From: a bacterium
Lineage (GTDB): Bacteria; Planctomycetota; Phycisphaerae; UBA1845
Direction of reading: 5' to 3'
Length of the DNA: 48,122 nt
NCBI GenBank assembly: GCA_024231775.1
Contig: JAAEQG010001482.1
Location: forward strand, 1 to 48,122
In this document: positions 35,973 to 45,066 of the stretch, piece by piece
Position numbering within the stretch: position 1 is the stretch's first letter
Layout: each line of letters opens with the position of its first letter
The notes under the pieces: generated by a model
Seen by the model: the letters and a program-made list of their open reading frames with translations, nothing else
The model's database searches: none
What the model was told of the DNA's origin: nothing
Program-made: the position numbers and the translations under genes

Positions 35973-37418
35973 TCAGCTCCGCTCCACGTGGATGAGCTTG
36001 AGCAGCTCGCCGGCGGTGCGCACCAGCTTCGGATCGGTAGAGTGGTCTACGATCCAGCGGAAGTCCGAGATCGCGGAGTCGAATTCGCCAAGCAAGGCCC
36101 GGGCCTGCCCACGGCCATAGTAGGCATATCCGTAGTCGCCTTTGAGTTTGATCGCCTTGTTGTAGTCGGAGATAGCTCCGGAGTAATCGCCCCCTTCAGC
36201 CTTAGCGTCTCCGCGTCCACAATAGGCGTAGGGGTGGTCCGGTCTGAGCCGTATGACCTGGTTGAAGTCCGCAATCGCTCCGGAAAGGTCTCCGGTGGCT
36301 TCCTTGACGTCCGCCCGACCACAATAAGCGTCCGCATCGTCGGTGCGAGCTGCAATCACCTTGTTGAAATCGGCGATGGCCGCAGAGAGTTGGCCGGTCT
36401 CCTCCCGAGCACGTCCTCGTGCAAAGTAGGCGTCGGCGTCGTCGGGGTTCAGGCGAATCGCGGCGGTGTAATCCGCGATGGCACCCGCCAGATCACCCTT
36501 GGCCCGCTTGGCATCGGCCCGGTAGGAACGGGCCCGCGGGCTGTCTGCGCCCAGCTTGATGGCCTTGCCAAAATCGGAGATAGCCCCGGAGAGATCGCCC
36601 CTGAGCTTACGGGCGACCCCGCGACTGTTGTGCAACTCGATATCCATCGGATCCAGCCGGATGGCTCGCGTAAAATCGGTGATGGCTCCGGCGTAGTCCG
36701 CCATCTGCTGACGGGCTTGGGCGCGGTACTTGAACGCCTCGGCGTTCGGCGGATCCAGCCGAATCACCTCATCCAGATCGGCGATGGTTGCAGAATAATC
36801 ACCCAATGCGTACCGAGCTTTTCCCCGGCCCAAGAAGTACGGCGCCTGATCGGGCCGGAGGTTGATCGCCGCACCGAAGGCGTCAATCGCACCAGTTGGG
36901 TCGCCCGCGCCGAGCCTGGCGTCACCGAGCAGGGACAAGACCTGCGCATCCCGCGGGGCCCAGCGAGCGGCGGATTCGTAGTCTGCCAAAGCCAAGCCGG
37001 ATTGTCCGCTCTTGGAGTAAGCGTCCGCACGCTTGCGGTATAACTCAGCCTCCTCCGGGGCAGCTTCAATGGCCACCGTGTAGTCGGTCACCGCTCCGCC
37101 CAGGTCTTCGGATAGCAGGCGAAGATCACCGCGCCGCGCATACGCTTCGGCATGGTCGGGCTTCAGGACGATGACCTGATCCAACCGGGCAATCGCCCCG
37201 CGGGTGTCCCCGTACTTAGCAACCTCTTCGGCCTCCCTGAAGAGGCGAACACTGTCCGGGGCGGCTTCGACGAAGTGGGGGCGAACCTGGATGAAGACCG
37301 CGCCACCCAGTATCACCAGCACCGGGAGCATCATCCCGATCTTGAGCGCCGGCCTGATGGGCTGTTTCTTGATCTTCACGGAGAAGGTCGGTCGTTTGCC
37401 GTCTCTGTGTGGTCTCAT
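35973..37418 (-). CDS. membrane-anchored tetratricopeptide (TPR) repeat protein
   Basis: ATG 37418 is preceded by AGGAAG. One N-terminal TM helix (IGMMLPVLVILGGAVFI) is followed by about 12 consecutive 34-aa TPR units of the form GDLSGAIADFNQVIRLRPDHPYAYCGRGDAKAEG. Confidence 0.85.
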   Translation of the reverse strand: MRPHRDGKRPTFSVKIKKQPIRPALKIGMMLPVLVILGGAVFIQVRPHFVEAAPDSVRLFREAEEVAKYGDTRGAIARLDQVIVLKPDHAEAYARRGDLRLLSEDLGGAVTDYTVAIEAAPEEAELYRKRADAYSKSGQSGLALADYESAARWAPRDAQVLSLLGDARLGAGDPTGAIDAFGAAINLRPDQAPYFLGRGKARYALGDYSATIADLDEVIRLDPPNAEAFKYRAQARQQMADYAGAITDFTRAIRLDPMDIELHNSRGVARKLRGDLSGAISDFGKAIKLGADSPRARSYRADAKRAKGDLAGAIADYTAAIRLNPDDADAYFARGRAREETGQLSAAIADFNKVIAARTDDADAYCGRADVKEATGDLSGAIADFNQVIRLRPDHPYAYCGRGDAKAEGGDYSGAISDYNKAIKLKGDYGYAYYGRGQARALLGEFDSAISDFRWIVDHSTDPKLVRTAGELLKLIHVERS

Positions 37419-37606
37419 ACGCGCTTCCTGATAATGCCAGAGGTCGCCCACCGACTTCCCGGTGACTCAGTTGCTCCGCCGCGGCGACGCACGCAGCATT
37501 CTGGGGTCATTCCTCATCGGGATATCGGCGTGTACTGGCGTCCGGTTGATGAGAAGCCCGCGTGGCTATCGGACGCAGAGAGGCGTCGGCCACGCTGGTC
37601 GGAGCG

Positions 37607-40600
37607 TTATCGTCCGAACCACCGCCGCTTCTTGGTGGGACACTCTGAGGGCTCCTCATGGGTCTCACTGCAGGCCTGCTCGATCAGTTCGACAAGCGGG
37701 CGGCCCGCACCGCTCAGGCGACGGAGCATTTTGACCTTCGCCAGAGTCTCAGAATCCAATGAATCGAGGAGGGCCTCATCAGGGTCAGGTCCGGGCGGCG
37801 TCTCCGGCATCTGGTCATCTGGCCGATCAGGGGCCTCCTGCTGACTGTCCTTCCCAAGATCCGATGGTTCCGCCAGCTTGGTGGCTTGCGGAGCTGCCTG
37901 CTTCTTGCTGGGCATCCGTGCGTTGCCCTGCCCGGGAGCCCGCGGAGGTAGCATGACCACTTTCTTCACCTCGCCGGCGCTCGCCAGCGAATCCTCACCG
38001 GAGGCATCATTCGAGACCGGCGGATCACTCTCCGGACCGGACGACTCGGCATCGACGCGCGCATCCTCCGCGCCACCGGCCGTTTCCCTGCCGAAACTCT
38101 CTATGGCTTCATTAGCGTGGTGGAGTTCCACCTCGCGCTCGGTCAGCTTCTGGTTGAGCGCCTCCAACTCACTGCGCAGCTCTTCTGCGCGCGCGGAACT
38201 CTCCTCGGCGTCGGTGGCGCGCTCGCGCTCCTGACCCTCGACATCACCGATGCGCCGATCAAGGTCTTGCTCGAGGTCTTGCACGCTCCGCTGCTGCTCG
38301 GCGATCTGACCCTCTCGGGCCTGCAGCTCTGCTTCGGCTTGATCGAGCTTCTGCTCACGGATGCCCAGCGTTTTCTCTGCTTCCGCGGCTACTCGGTTCG
38401 CCGTATCGACCTGCTCTAAGCCCGCAGCGAGCTCGCGCTCACGTTCAGCCAAAGCTGACGCCTCGGACTCGAGCTCGGCACGTGAAGCCGAAGCCTCAGT
38501 GCCGTCCGCTTCTGCCTGACTCTTGGCGGTGAGGATCTCCTCCCGCTGGCGACGAAGCGCCTCCTGCTCCTCTGCAAGACGTCCCTGCAGATCGTTCAAC
38601 GCCGTCTGTTGTTCGGCCAGTTCAAGCTTCGTCTGTTCAAACTCGCACCGCTGGTCCTTGAGTTGGCGCTGCTGCTCGGCCATCTGCCGGCCACCGCTGT
38701 CGAGGGCAGCGGCGCGCTTCTCCAGCTCGCGCTCACGTTCAGCCAAGGCGGACGCCTTGGACTCGAGCTCGGCACGTGAAGCCGAGGCCTCAGCACCGTC
38801 CGCGTCTGCCTGACCCTTGGCGGTGAGGATCTCCTCCCGCTGGCGGCGGAGAGCATTCCGCTCCTCCTCAAGACGTCCATGCAGGTCTTTCAGCCCCGCC
38901 TGCTGTTTGGCGAGTTCAAGCTTCGACTGTTCAAGTTCACCAGCATGTGCGTCAAGTTCGCACCTCTGGTCTTTGAGTTGGCGCTGCTGCTCGGCTGACG
39001 CACGTTTCTCAGCCTCAAGATCCGCTTCCTGAGCTGCGTTCACCTCCCGAAGCTCATCCAATTCTCGGGTGCGCGTGTCCAGCACCTGCAGATCCTGTTC
39101 TTGCCGTCGATCGAATTGGTCCTGAAGTTTGGCGAGCTCAGCAGCTCTCTTCTGGAGGTCTTGCTCGGCCTGTTCCACCTGACGCCGAGCAACGTCCACC
39201 TCGCCAGACTCTTGTTCACCTGCCGCCGCACGAGCCTCAAGCACGGCTTCACGCTGGTGAAGCTCGTCGGCCTCCTTCCGCAGCGCGGACCGATCCGATT
39301 CACAAGCCTGGCGGTCCTGTTCGAGCTGCTCATACTGCTTCTTGAACCCCGCCCCCTGCTCGTGGCGTTCCAGCTCCCAGGTCTGACGAACAGCTTCGAG
39401 TTGACTGGCTTGGGATTCCAGTTGCTCACGCTCGTCGCGGAGAGCGGCTTCGCGCTGCTCCAGCCCAACCGCCACCTGGTTCGCCTCCTCGACGGCGATC
39501 TCCTGCTGGGCAACCCTCTTTCGGTGCTGTTCCTCCAGCCCCCTGCGCTCCCGTTGGGCTTCGACAAGGAGTGCCTCCCCAGCGCCGAGCTTCTCCTCCC
39601 GGGTGATCAGCTCAGCCTGCAGGTCTTCCACCTCCTGTTCGCCGCGTGCCAGATCCTGCTGGGCCTGTTCGCATTGCCTGAGTTGGGCGGCGAGGGTGCT
39701 CCGCATGTGGTTCTGCTCTGCCTCGCGCTCCTGCAGGTCAGCCCGGGACTGCTCCAAAGCAGCCTGCCCTGCCTCCAAAGCCAGGGCGCGATCTTGCAGA
39801 CTCTGAACTTCTTCGACGGCCGCCGAGCGCTGTTGATCCAGCTCCGCAAGCCCGGTGTCGAGCCTAGCTGCCCGCTCCTGGAACTCTGCCTCCTGAGCAC
39901 CAAACCGGGCAGCGAAGGAGGACTGTTCGGACTCCAGCTTGCGTCGGGCCTCTTCCAGGCGAGCGCAGTCCTCCGCAACTTGCCCCTGGCGATCCTCCAG
40001 CTCAACTTGTCTCGCGGAGTGACTCTCCGCATCCGCCGCTTGGCGCTGCTCGGCCTCCGCTACGGCGGTTTCTCGCGTCGCAAGATCTCGCTCCGACGCC
40101 GCCAGCCGCTCATTCAGCTCCGCAAGCTCTGCCTGCTGCCCGGTGAGACCGCTCTGCAAATCGACCGTACGCTTTTCGAGTTCCTGACGAAGCGCGTTCA
40201 ACTCCGCAAGGTCCGCCTCGTGAGTCTGACGCTGGGTATCGAGAGCCCGCTCCCGCTGCTCGAGCTCTTGGGCGAATTCGCGGGCGCGCCGGTCAGCCTG
40301 AGCCACCTCAGCTTCGCGCTGCTCGATATCGCTACGGGCGGCGGTCGCCCGGGCAAGCTGCTGATCGAGCGCCTCTTGCTTTTCCCGCTGCTCTTGGGCA
40401 GCTCGCTCCGCATCAGCACGCTGTTCTTCAAGCCTGGCCCTCAGTTGCTCGCCTTCGGCGCTACGAGAAGCCAATTGCTGCTTGAGCTCGTCCAGGGCCT
40501 GGGCTCGGGCCTCCAGCTCCGCGGTCTGATTTGCGATCCGGCATTCGCGTTCGTCCCCATGCTCGGAACAGCGCGACAGCGCCTCGCGGTCTTTCTGGAG

Positions 40601-41539
40601 AACCTCGTTCTCTGCCGCGAGCTTCCTGGCATCCTCTTCGAGTGAAACGTGGCGAGCTTCCAGCAGGTGCTCACGCTCCGTAGCCGCGTTCTCCCGGGCC
40701 TGGACTTCCCGCCGCGCTTCTTCAACACTGCGGCGATGTTGGTCCAGGTCCTCAAGCTGCCCGTCCAGGCGTTCCTCAATCAGGGTCAGGTCATCGCCCC
40801 GTCGGGCCAAGTCTTTGCCCTGGCTCTCGATGTCGGCGAGGCGACCTTGTAGCTGCGCCTCCCGAGAGTGCAGATCCTCGGTCTGACTGCAGAGCTCTGA
40901 CTCGCGCGCCTCCAGCTCAGCCCTTTGCTTCTCCACGCGAGCCTGAGTGTCCACCAATTCCGCCGCACTTTTCTCGCATTGCTCATCGCTCGACTTGCAC
41001 TCAGCCCGGGCAGCCTCCAAATCAGCGCGCTCGCGCTGCAGCTGCGCCCGCTCATCCTCCAGATCCTGCCGGCTCCGGGCCTGGTCCTCAAGTTGGCTCT
41101 TACGGCCGGCGTCAAGCGCCTCTAGTTCTTGATCCAACTGCTGGCGCTGCTGAACCAGGGCGGCTTCACTGGCTGCGCAGGCCTGATCGCGGGATTCAAG
41201 CTCCGCTTGTTTCAACCGGAGCTCATCCCGGGCGGCCTGAAGATCGCGCTGTCCGGCGGCCAACTCCGTGGTCTGTTGGTCGGTATCGATGGTGAGCCGG
41301 TCGAGATCGGCCTGCCGCGCGTCTAGCCGCGAACTCGTCTCCCCCAGGAGACCTTCCCATTGACTCGCCCCCTCGAAGGAATGGGTGAGCACTTCGCAGA
41401 CGGTCTGAATCTTGGCCTCGGCGTCTGCAAGCGCATCGGTGAGTTCGCGGTCACCCTGATCGTTCGGAGCGGCCGTATTGGTCTGGCACTCCGCCGCTGC
41501 ATTCGCGGCGGAGCGATCATCACGAGATCGCGGCGCCAT
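37607..41539 (-). CDS. giant coiled-coil protein (about 1310 aa, E/Q/R/A/L-rich) with Pro/acidic linker and short basic C-terminal helix
   Basis: A single uninterrupted ORF. Composition and heptad-like periodicity indicate a continuous coiled coil for about 1150 aa, followed by a disordered SGPESDPP..PETPPGPDPDE segment and LAKVKMLRRLSGAGRPLVELIEQ. ATG 41539 is preceded by GGGGGGA; the track GTG start is 41584. Confidence 0.8.
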   Translation of the reverse strand: MAPRSRDDRSAANAAAECQTNTAAPNDQGDRELTDALADAEAKIQTVCEVLTHSFEGASQWEGLLGETSSRLDARQADLDRLTIDTDQQTTELAAGQRDLQAARDELRLKQAELESRDQACAASEAALVQQRQQLDQELEALDAGRKSQLEDQARSRQDLEDERAQLQRERADLEAARAECKSSDEQCEKSAAELVDTQARVEKQRAELEARESELCSQTEDLHSREAQLQGRLADIESQGKDLARRGDDLTLIEERLDGQLEDLDQHRRSVEEARREVQARENAATEREHLLEARHVSLEEDARKLAAENEVLQKDREALSRCSEHGDERECRIANQTAELEARAQALDELKQQLASRSAEGEQLRARLEEQRADAERAAQEQREKQEALDQQLARATAARSDIEQREAEVAQADRRAREFAQELEQRERALDTQRQTHEADLAELNALRQELEKRTVDLQSGLTGQQAELAELNERLAASERDLATRETAVAEAEQRQAADAESHSARQVELEDRQGQVAEDCARLEEARRKLESEQSSFAARFGAQEAEFQERAARLDTGLAELDQQRSAAVEEVQSLQDRALALEAGQAALEQSRADLQEREAEQNHMRSTLAAQLRQCEQAQQDLARGEQEVEDLQAELITREEKLGAGEALLVEAQRERRGLEEQHRKRVAQQEIAVEEANQVAVGLEQREAALRDEREQLESQASQLEAVRQTWELERHEQGAGFKKQYEQLEQDRQACESDRSALRKEADELHQREAVLEARAAAGEQESGEVDVARRQVEQAEQDLQKRAAELAKLQDQFDRRQEQDLQVLDTRTRELDELREVNAAQEADLEAEKRASAEQQRQLKDQRCELDAHAGELEQSKLELAKQQAGLKDLHGRLEEERNALRRQREEILTAKGQADADGAEASASRAELESKASALAERERELEKRAAALDSGGRQMAEQQRQLKDQRCEFEQTKLELAEQQTALNDLQGRLAEEQEALRRQREEILTAKSQAEADGTEASASRAELESEASALAERERELAAGLEQVDTANRVAAEAEKTLGIREQKLDQAEAELQAREGQIAEQQRSVQDLEQDLDRRIGDVEGQERERATDAEESSARAEELRSELEALNQKLTEREVELHHANEAIESFGRETAGGAEDARVDAESSGPESDPPVSNDASGEDSLASAGEVKKVVMLPPRAPGQGNARMPSKKQAAPQATKLAEPSDLGKDSQQEAPDRPDDQMPETPPGPDPDEALLDSLDSETLAKVKMLRRLSGAGRPLVELIEQACSETHEEPSECPTKKRRWFGR
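38420..39000 (-). repeat. in-frame tandem duplication, 2 copies with a 294-bp (98-aa) period, inside the giant coiled-coil gene
   Basis: GCTCGCGCTCACGTTCAGCC recurs at 38431 and 38725. The protein copies both run QQRQLKDQRCE..LRRQREEILTAK.QA.ADG.EASASRAELES.ASALAERERELE. The upstream copy carries an 18-nt indel. Identity is high by eye but was not computed. Confidence 0.85.
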
Positions 41540-41878
41540 CGCTGTCCCCCCTGATCCAAGTGTTCCCCCCCTGCGCGTCCGCACTCGGCAGCGCGTACCG
41601 CGAGGTCACCTGAGAGTCTACAATTCAATCCTCAGCGAGGCAGACCGCCACCGCAGGAGCCTACCGGTCGATGAGTATCGGACGTTTGTGCCTGTGCGCA
41701 TCCGCACGGAGTGGGTTATCGAACCGAGCCCGCAGGTGATTGAAAGTCGCTGGGGATTATCACCGAAGTCTATCGTAGACTCGGACCGACAGCGCCTTCG
41801 CGCTTCGGGGGCGGTGGGTCCAAATACGGGGAGATCGGCTCGGGCATCACTCCTGCGAGCGAGTGCGGTCCAGGAAAC

Positions 41879-43072
41879 ATGCGTATGGCCGCATCCACTG
41901 AGACCGGATCACTGCCTGCCCAACCGCCTGATACGGCGGGACTGCAACGTGCGGGCGGTGACGCGCTGGCATCGATCCGGCGCGTCCAGGATCTGCTCCG
42001 CGCCCGTGGCACGGAGTTGGAAGCCCTGCGCGCCGAGCTATCAGATGAGCGAACCACTTTGAGTTCCGATCATGCCCGGCTTGAAACCGAGCGCGCCGCC
42101 TGGCACCAAGAGCAGAATAACGCCCGCAACGTCTTGGGAGAACGTGAAGAGACCGTCGCCACCGAACACCAGCGCCTTGCCGACCGGGAGTGCGAGCTAG
42201 AGGCTCAACATCTCGAGGTGAGCGCAGCGCAAGAAGCGACCGAGCAGTCCAGAACAGAGCTCGCCGAGCGCCAGCGCCAGCTGGCCGACCTGCAACGATC
42301 CGTCGAAGCGAGCGCGGCGACTTGTGTGGAGCAGGAGACCGCCCTGAGCACCCGAGGCGAGGAGCTGGAAGCAACCGCCGCGAAGCTTGCTGCCGATGAG
42401 CAGCGGATGGCTGACCTCCGCAGTGCGGTGCAGCACGATCGTGGTGAGCTTCAGCGCACCGAGAGCGAACTGGAGACTGAGCAAGTCCGACTCACGGAGC
42501 TGGCCGCCACGCTGGAAGACCACCAGACAGACACGGTGCGGGAACGACAACAGGTTGAGTCCGCTCGCCAGGATCTGGAGAGCATGCAGACAGCGTTAAG
42601 CCAATCTCGCGAATCCATCGAGCGCCAAGAGGCGGACCTCGCAAACGCAGATGAGGCTCTGCGGAAGCGTACAAGCGAACTGGAGGAGCTCGAGGATTCC
42701 GTCGGGGAGCAAACCCGTACGCTGCAACAGCGTGAAGCCGCCGTCCAGGGCGCGACGCAGGAAGCAGAAGCCAAACTGAAGGAGGCTGACTCCATCCGCG
42801 AGGGCATGGCAACGCTTCAGGCCCAGTTGGAGCGCGAGCGCCATGAAGTCGCCCAGCAGCGTCAGGAGCTCATGAGGCAACTGGGAGCCCTCCCGGAGTC
42901 GATCGCCGAGGAAGATTCAACCGCGCCGGCGGACGAGCCGGCGATGTCGGTCGAGGACCCAAAAGCGCCGGAAGCGCCCGCCGAGCCCGCCCCTCCAGCG
43001 GTGACGTCGGCGGCGGAGCGGATGCGCAAACTACGTCGCGATGCCAAGCGCCGAGCGATGGGCGGAATGTAG
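41879..43072 (+). CDS. coiled-coil protein (397 aa) with Pro/acidic linker and basic C-terminal helix
   Basis: ATG is preceded by AGGAAA. It has the same E/Q/R/A/L-rich heptad-like composition as the divergent giant gene. It ends ..PKAPEAPAEPAPPAVTSAAERMRKLRRDAKRRAMGGM. Confidence 0.75.
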   Translation: MRMAASTETGSLPAQPPDTAGLQRAGGDALASIRRVQDLLRARGTELEALRAELSDERTTLSSDHARLETERAAWHQEQNNARNVLGEREETVATEHQRLADRECELEAQHLEVSAAQEATEQSRTELAERQRQLADLQRSVEASAATCVEQETALSTRGEELEATAAKLAADEQRMADLRSAVQHDRGELQRTESELETEQVRLTELAATLEDHQTDTVRERQQVESARQDLESMQTALSQSRESIERQEADLANADEALRKRTSELEELEDSVGEQTRTLQQREAAVQGATQEAEAKLKEADSIREGMATLQAQLERERHEVAQQRQELMRQLGALPESIAEEDSTAPADEPAMSVEDPKAPEAPAEPAPPAVTSAAERMRKLRRDAKRRAMGGM

Positions 43073-43147
43073 GCGCGGTCGGGATTTGCGCATCGGTCCC
43101 CGAACCAGTGCACCAAGACCGGGCTCGTCGGAGAACTAGGTAGACAG

Positions 43148-44155
43148 ATGACGATACGACACCTCTTCAGAAAGCGGCCGACCAGCGCGACCTCCCTGGC
43201 GTCGGACGATCCAGTCATGCAGCGCGATCGAACGGCGCGCGAGGAGTACGTACCCGCTGCACATGAGGCGCTGGAGGATGACCCCCTGAAGCAGCTTTGG
43301 CAGCAGCAACGGTACGCTGTCATTGTCACTCAGGCTGAGCGCTGGAAGACGCATCCGGCGGCGGACGCCATCGTCACCACAGCACGCGAGAAGCTGGATG
43401 GGCATCTCGCCCTCGTACCCGAGGGGATTGTCGCCCTCCCCAGTTCGCTGGACGACAGCGTGGGGGCGGAGGAACGCGACGAGCACATCAAACCCTTCCT
43501 ATTGGACATTTGCACAGTCTCGAACGAACGGTTCCAGCGCTTCGTCGACGCCGGCTGCTACGACGAACTGGAGATCTGGCCTCGGGAGATCTGGCCACAC
43601 CTGATCGAGATGCAGGATCTGACCGGCGAACCCGGACCTCGGTTCTGGAGAGGCGGGAGGCACGACCAGCGTCTCGCCAGTCATCCGGTGGTGGGGGTGA
43701 GCGTGTATGAAGCCCAGGCGTTCGCTCGGTGGGCAGGCCAGCGCCTGCCCACCGAAGCGGAGTGGCAGATGGCCGCCAGTTGGCACCTCAAGAGCGAAGC
43801 CAACATCCTGCGGCGGTTTCCCTGGGGCGACGCCATGGACCAGACCCGCTGCAACGTCTGGGCATCGCGCAAAGGCGGAACAGTGGCCGTGCATGAGTAT
43901 CCCAAGGGTGCGGCCCCCAACGGCGTGCTCCAATTGATCGGCAATGTGTGGGAGTGGACCGCATCGGAGTTCGAGATCACCGATTTCTCCGGCAATCCAG
44001 TTTTGGGCGAGATGCCCATGCGCAGCGTGCGCGGCGCAGCCTTCGACACCTACTTTGAATCGCAGGCGAACAGCCTGTTTCGCACGGGGCAGATCGCCAT
44101 GGGACGCACACACCACACCGGATTCCGCTGTGCCCTCGATTTGCCAGAGTCCTGA
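43148..44155 (+). CDS. FGE-sulfatase (SUMF1/EgtB/PvdO) fold protein lacking the FGE catalytic cysteine pair
   Basis: VSNERFQRFV, HPVVGVSVYEAQAFARWAGQRLPTEAEWQ, FPWGD, GNVWEWT, VRGAAF and HTGFRCALD are the canonical FGE-sulfatase blocks. There is no Cys between RGAAF and GFRC, where human FGE has its two catalytic Cys residues. Confidence 0.8.
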   Translation: MTIRHLFRKRPTSATSLASDDPVMQRDRTAREEYVPAAHEALEDDPLKQLWQQQRYAVIVTQAERWKTHPAADAIVTTAREKLDGHLALVPEGIVALPSSLDDSVGAEERDEHIKPFLLDICTVSNERFQRFVDAGCYDELEIWPREIWPHLIEMQDLTGEPGPRFWRGGRHDQRLASHPVVGVSVYEAQAFARWAGQRLPTEAEWQMAASWHLKSEANILRRFPWGDAMDQTRCNVWASRKGGTVAVHEYPKGAAPNGVLQLIGNVWEWTASEFEITDFSGNPVLGEMPMRSVRGAAFDTYFESQANSLFRTGQIAMGRTHHTGFRCALDLPES

Positions 44156-44163
44156 CGTAACGT

Positions 44164-45066
44164 GTGGTGGAGAGATGTGACGTGAGCACTGCACCCGAGA
44201 CGGCAACTGAATCGGCCTACTGCCTGATCTGCGAGCGCGAGAACCCAGACGCGGCGGTACTCTGTGCCCACTGCTATGCGCCGATGGCGCTCATTCACGA
44301 TGCCATCCGCCAGGATCGTGAACCCTGCATCATCAGCGTGATTGGCGACAGCAACGTGGGCAAGACGGTCTACCTGGGATTCCTACTGGACATGCTCTCC
44401 AAGCGTGCCGGCGACTTCGAGGCGGTTCCCAAAGGAGCCTATTCGGTCAACCTCCAGCAAACGGTAATCGGTAGCCTCCAGCAACGGGTGTTTCCGCCGA
44501 AGACTCCCAATGAGGCCGATCAATGGCACTGGGCCTACTACCAGGTGGCCCGCCGGGCGAAGAACGCCGCCTGGTTCGACTTGGTGATGCCGGACATGGC
44601 GGGCGAAGCGCTGGCCGCCGAGGTCGAGTCGCCCAAGACGCACGCGGTCATCCGCAGCTTGCTGAGCAAAACCGCCGGCTGCCTGGTACTTGTCGATGCC
44701 GCCGCAGCCGCGTTGGGCTCCTCTCATCCGGACCTGTTCGGTCTCAAGCTGATGACCTATCTCGACCAGATGTTCGCCCAGAAACGAGGGCAGCGGATCT
44801 ACAATCCTGTGGCGGTGGTGCTCTGCAAGGCAGACTATTGCCCACAGTCCTTTGAGAACCCGCGCGGGTTTGCCCAAACGAATCTCAATCGAGTGTGGAA
44901 CATCTGCGAGAGTCGTTTCGCCAATGTCGAGTTCTTCGCCACCAGCATCATCGGGGCGCTGGGGTTCAGCAGTGACGACGACGGAAACGTCGTCCCGATT
45001 CCTCTGCACGGCGCACCGCGCGGTATATTGGAGCCGTTTGAATGGATCCTCAGTTGCCTGGAGTAA
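44164..45066 (+). CDS. zinc-ribbon-fused TRAFAC-class small GTPase
   Basis: N-terminal CLIC-x10-CAHC zinc ribbon (44221-44274). G1 is VIGDSNVGKT (44344-44367), G3 is LVMPDMAGE, G4-like is VVLCKAD and G5-like is FATSIIG. GTG start lies 8 nt after the FGE-fold gene stop; 300 aa. Confidence 0.8.
   Translation: MVERCDVSTAPETATESAYCLICERENPDAAVLCAHCYAPMALIHDAIRQDREPCIISVIGDSNVGKTVYLGFLLDMLSKRAGDFEAVPKGAYSVNLQQTVIGSLQQRVFPPKTPNEADQWHWAYYQVARRAKNAAWFDLVMPDMAGEALAAEVESPKTHAVIRSLLSKTAGCLVLVDAAAAALGSSHPDLFGLKLMTYLDQMFAQKRGQRIYNPVAVVLCKADYCPQSFENPRGFAQTNLNRVWNICESRFANVEFFATSIIGALGFSSDDDGNVVPIPLHGAPRGILEPFEWILSCLE

Noticed and set aside
35988-37043. 351-aa plus-strand ORF
   Set aside because: It is antisense to the TPR repeat gene. 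The sense frame shows a regular 34-aa TPR periodicity.
38420-39000. Repeat region as a CRISPR array or mobile-element repeat
   Set aside because: There are only two long (294-bp) in-frame copies within a CDS, with no short repeat/spacer alternation and no cas genes.
39101-40645. 514-aa plus-strand ORF, plus other antisense ORFs between 37.8 and 41.6 kb
   Set aside because: It is the antisense frame of the coiled-coil gene. Reverse-complemented GAG, CAG and CTG-rich codons yield Leu/Ser/Pro-rich open frames. The sense frame is one uninterrupted ORF of about 3.9 kb.
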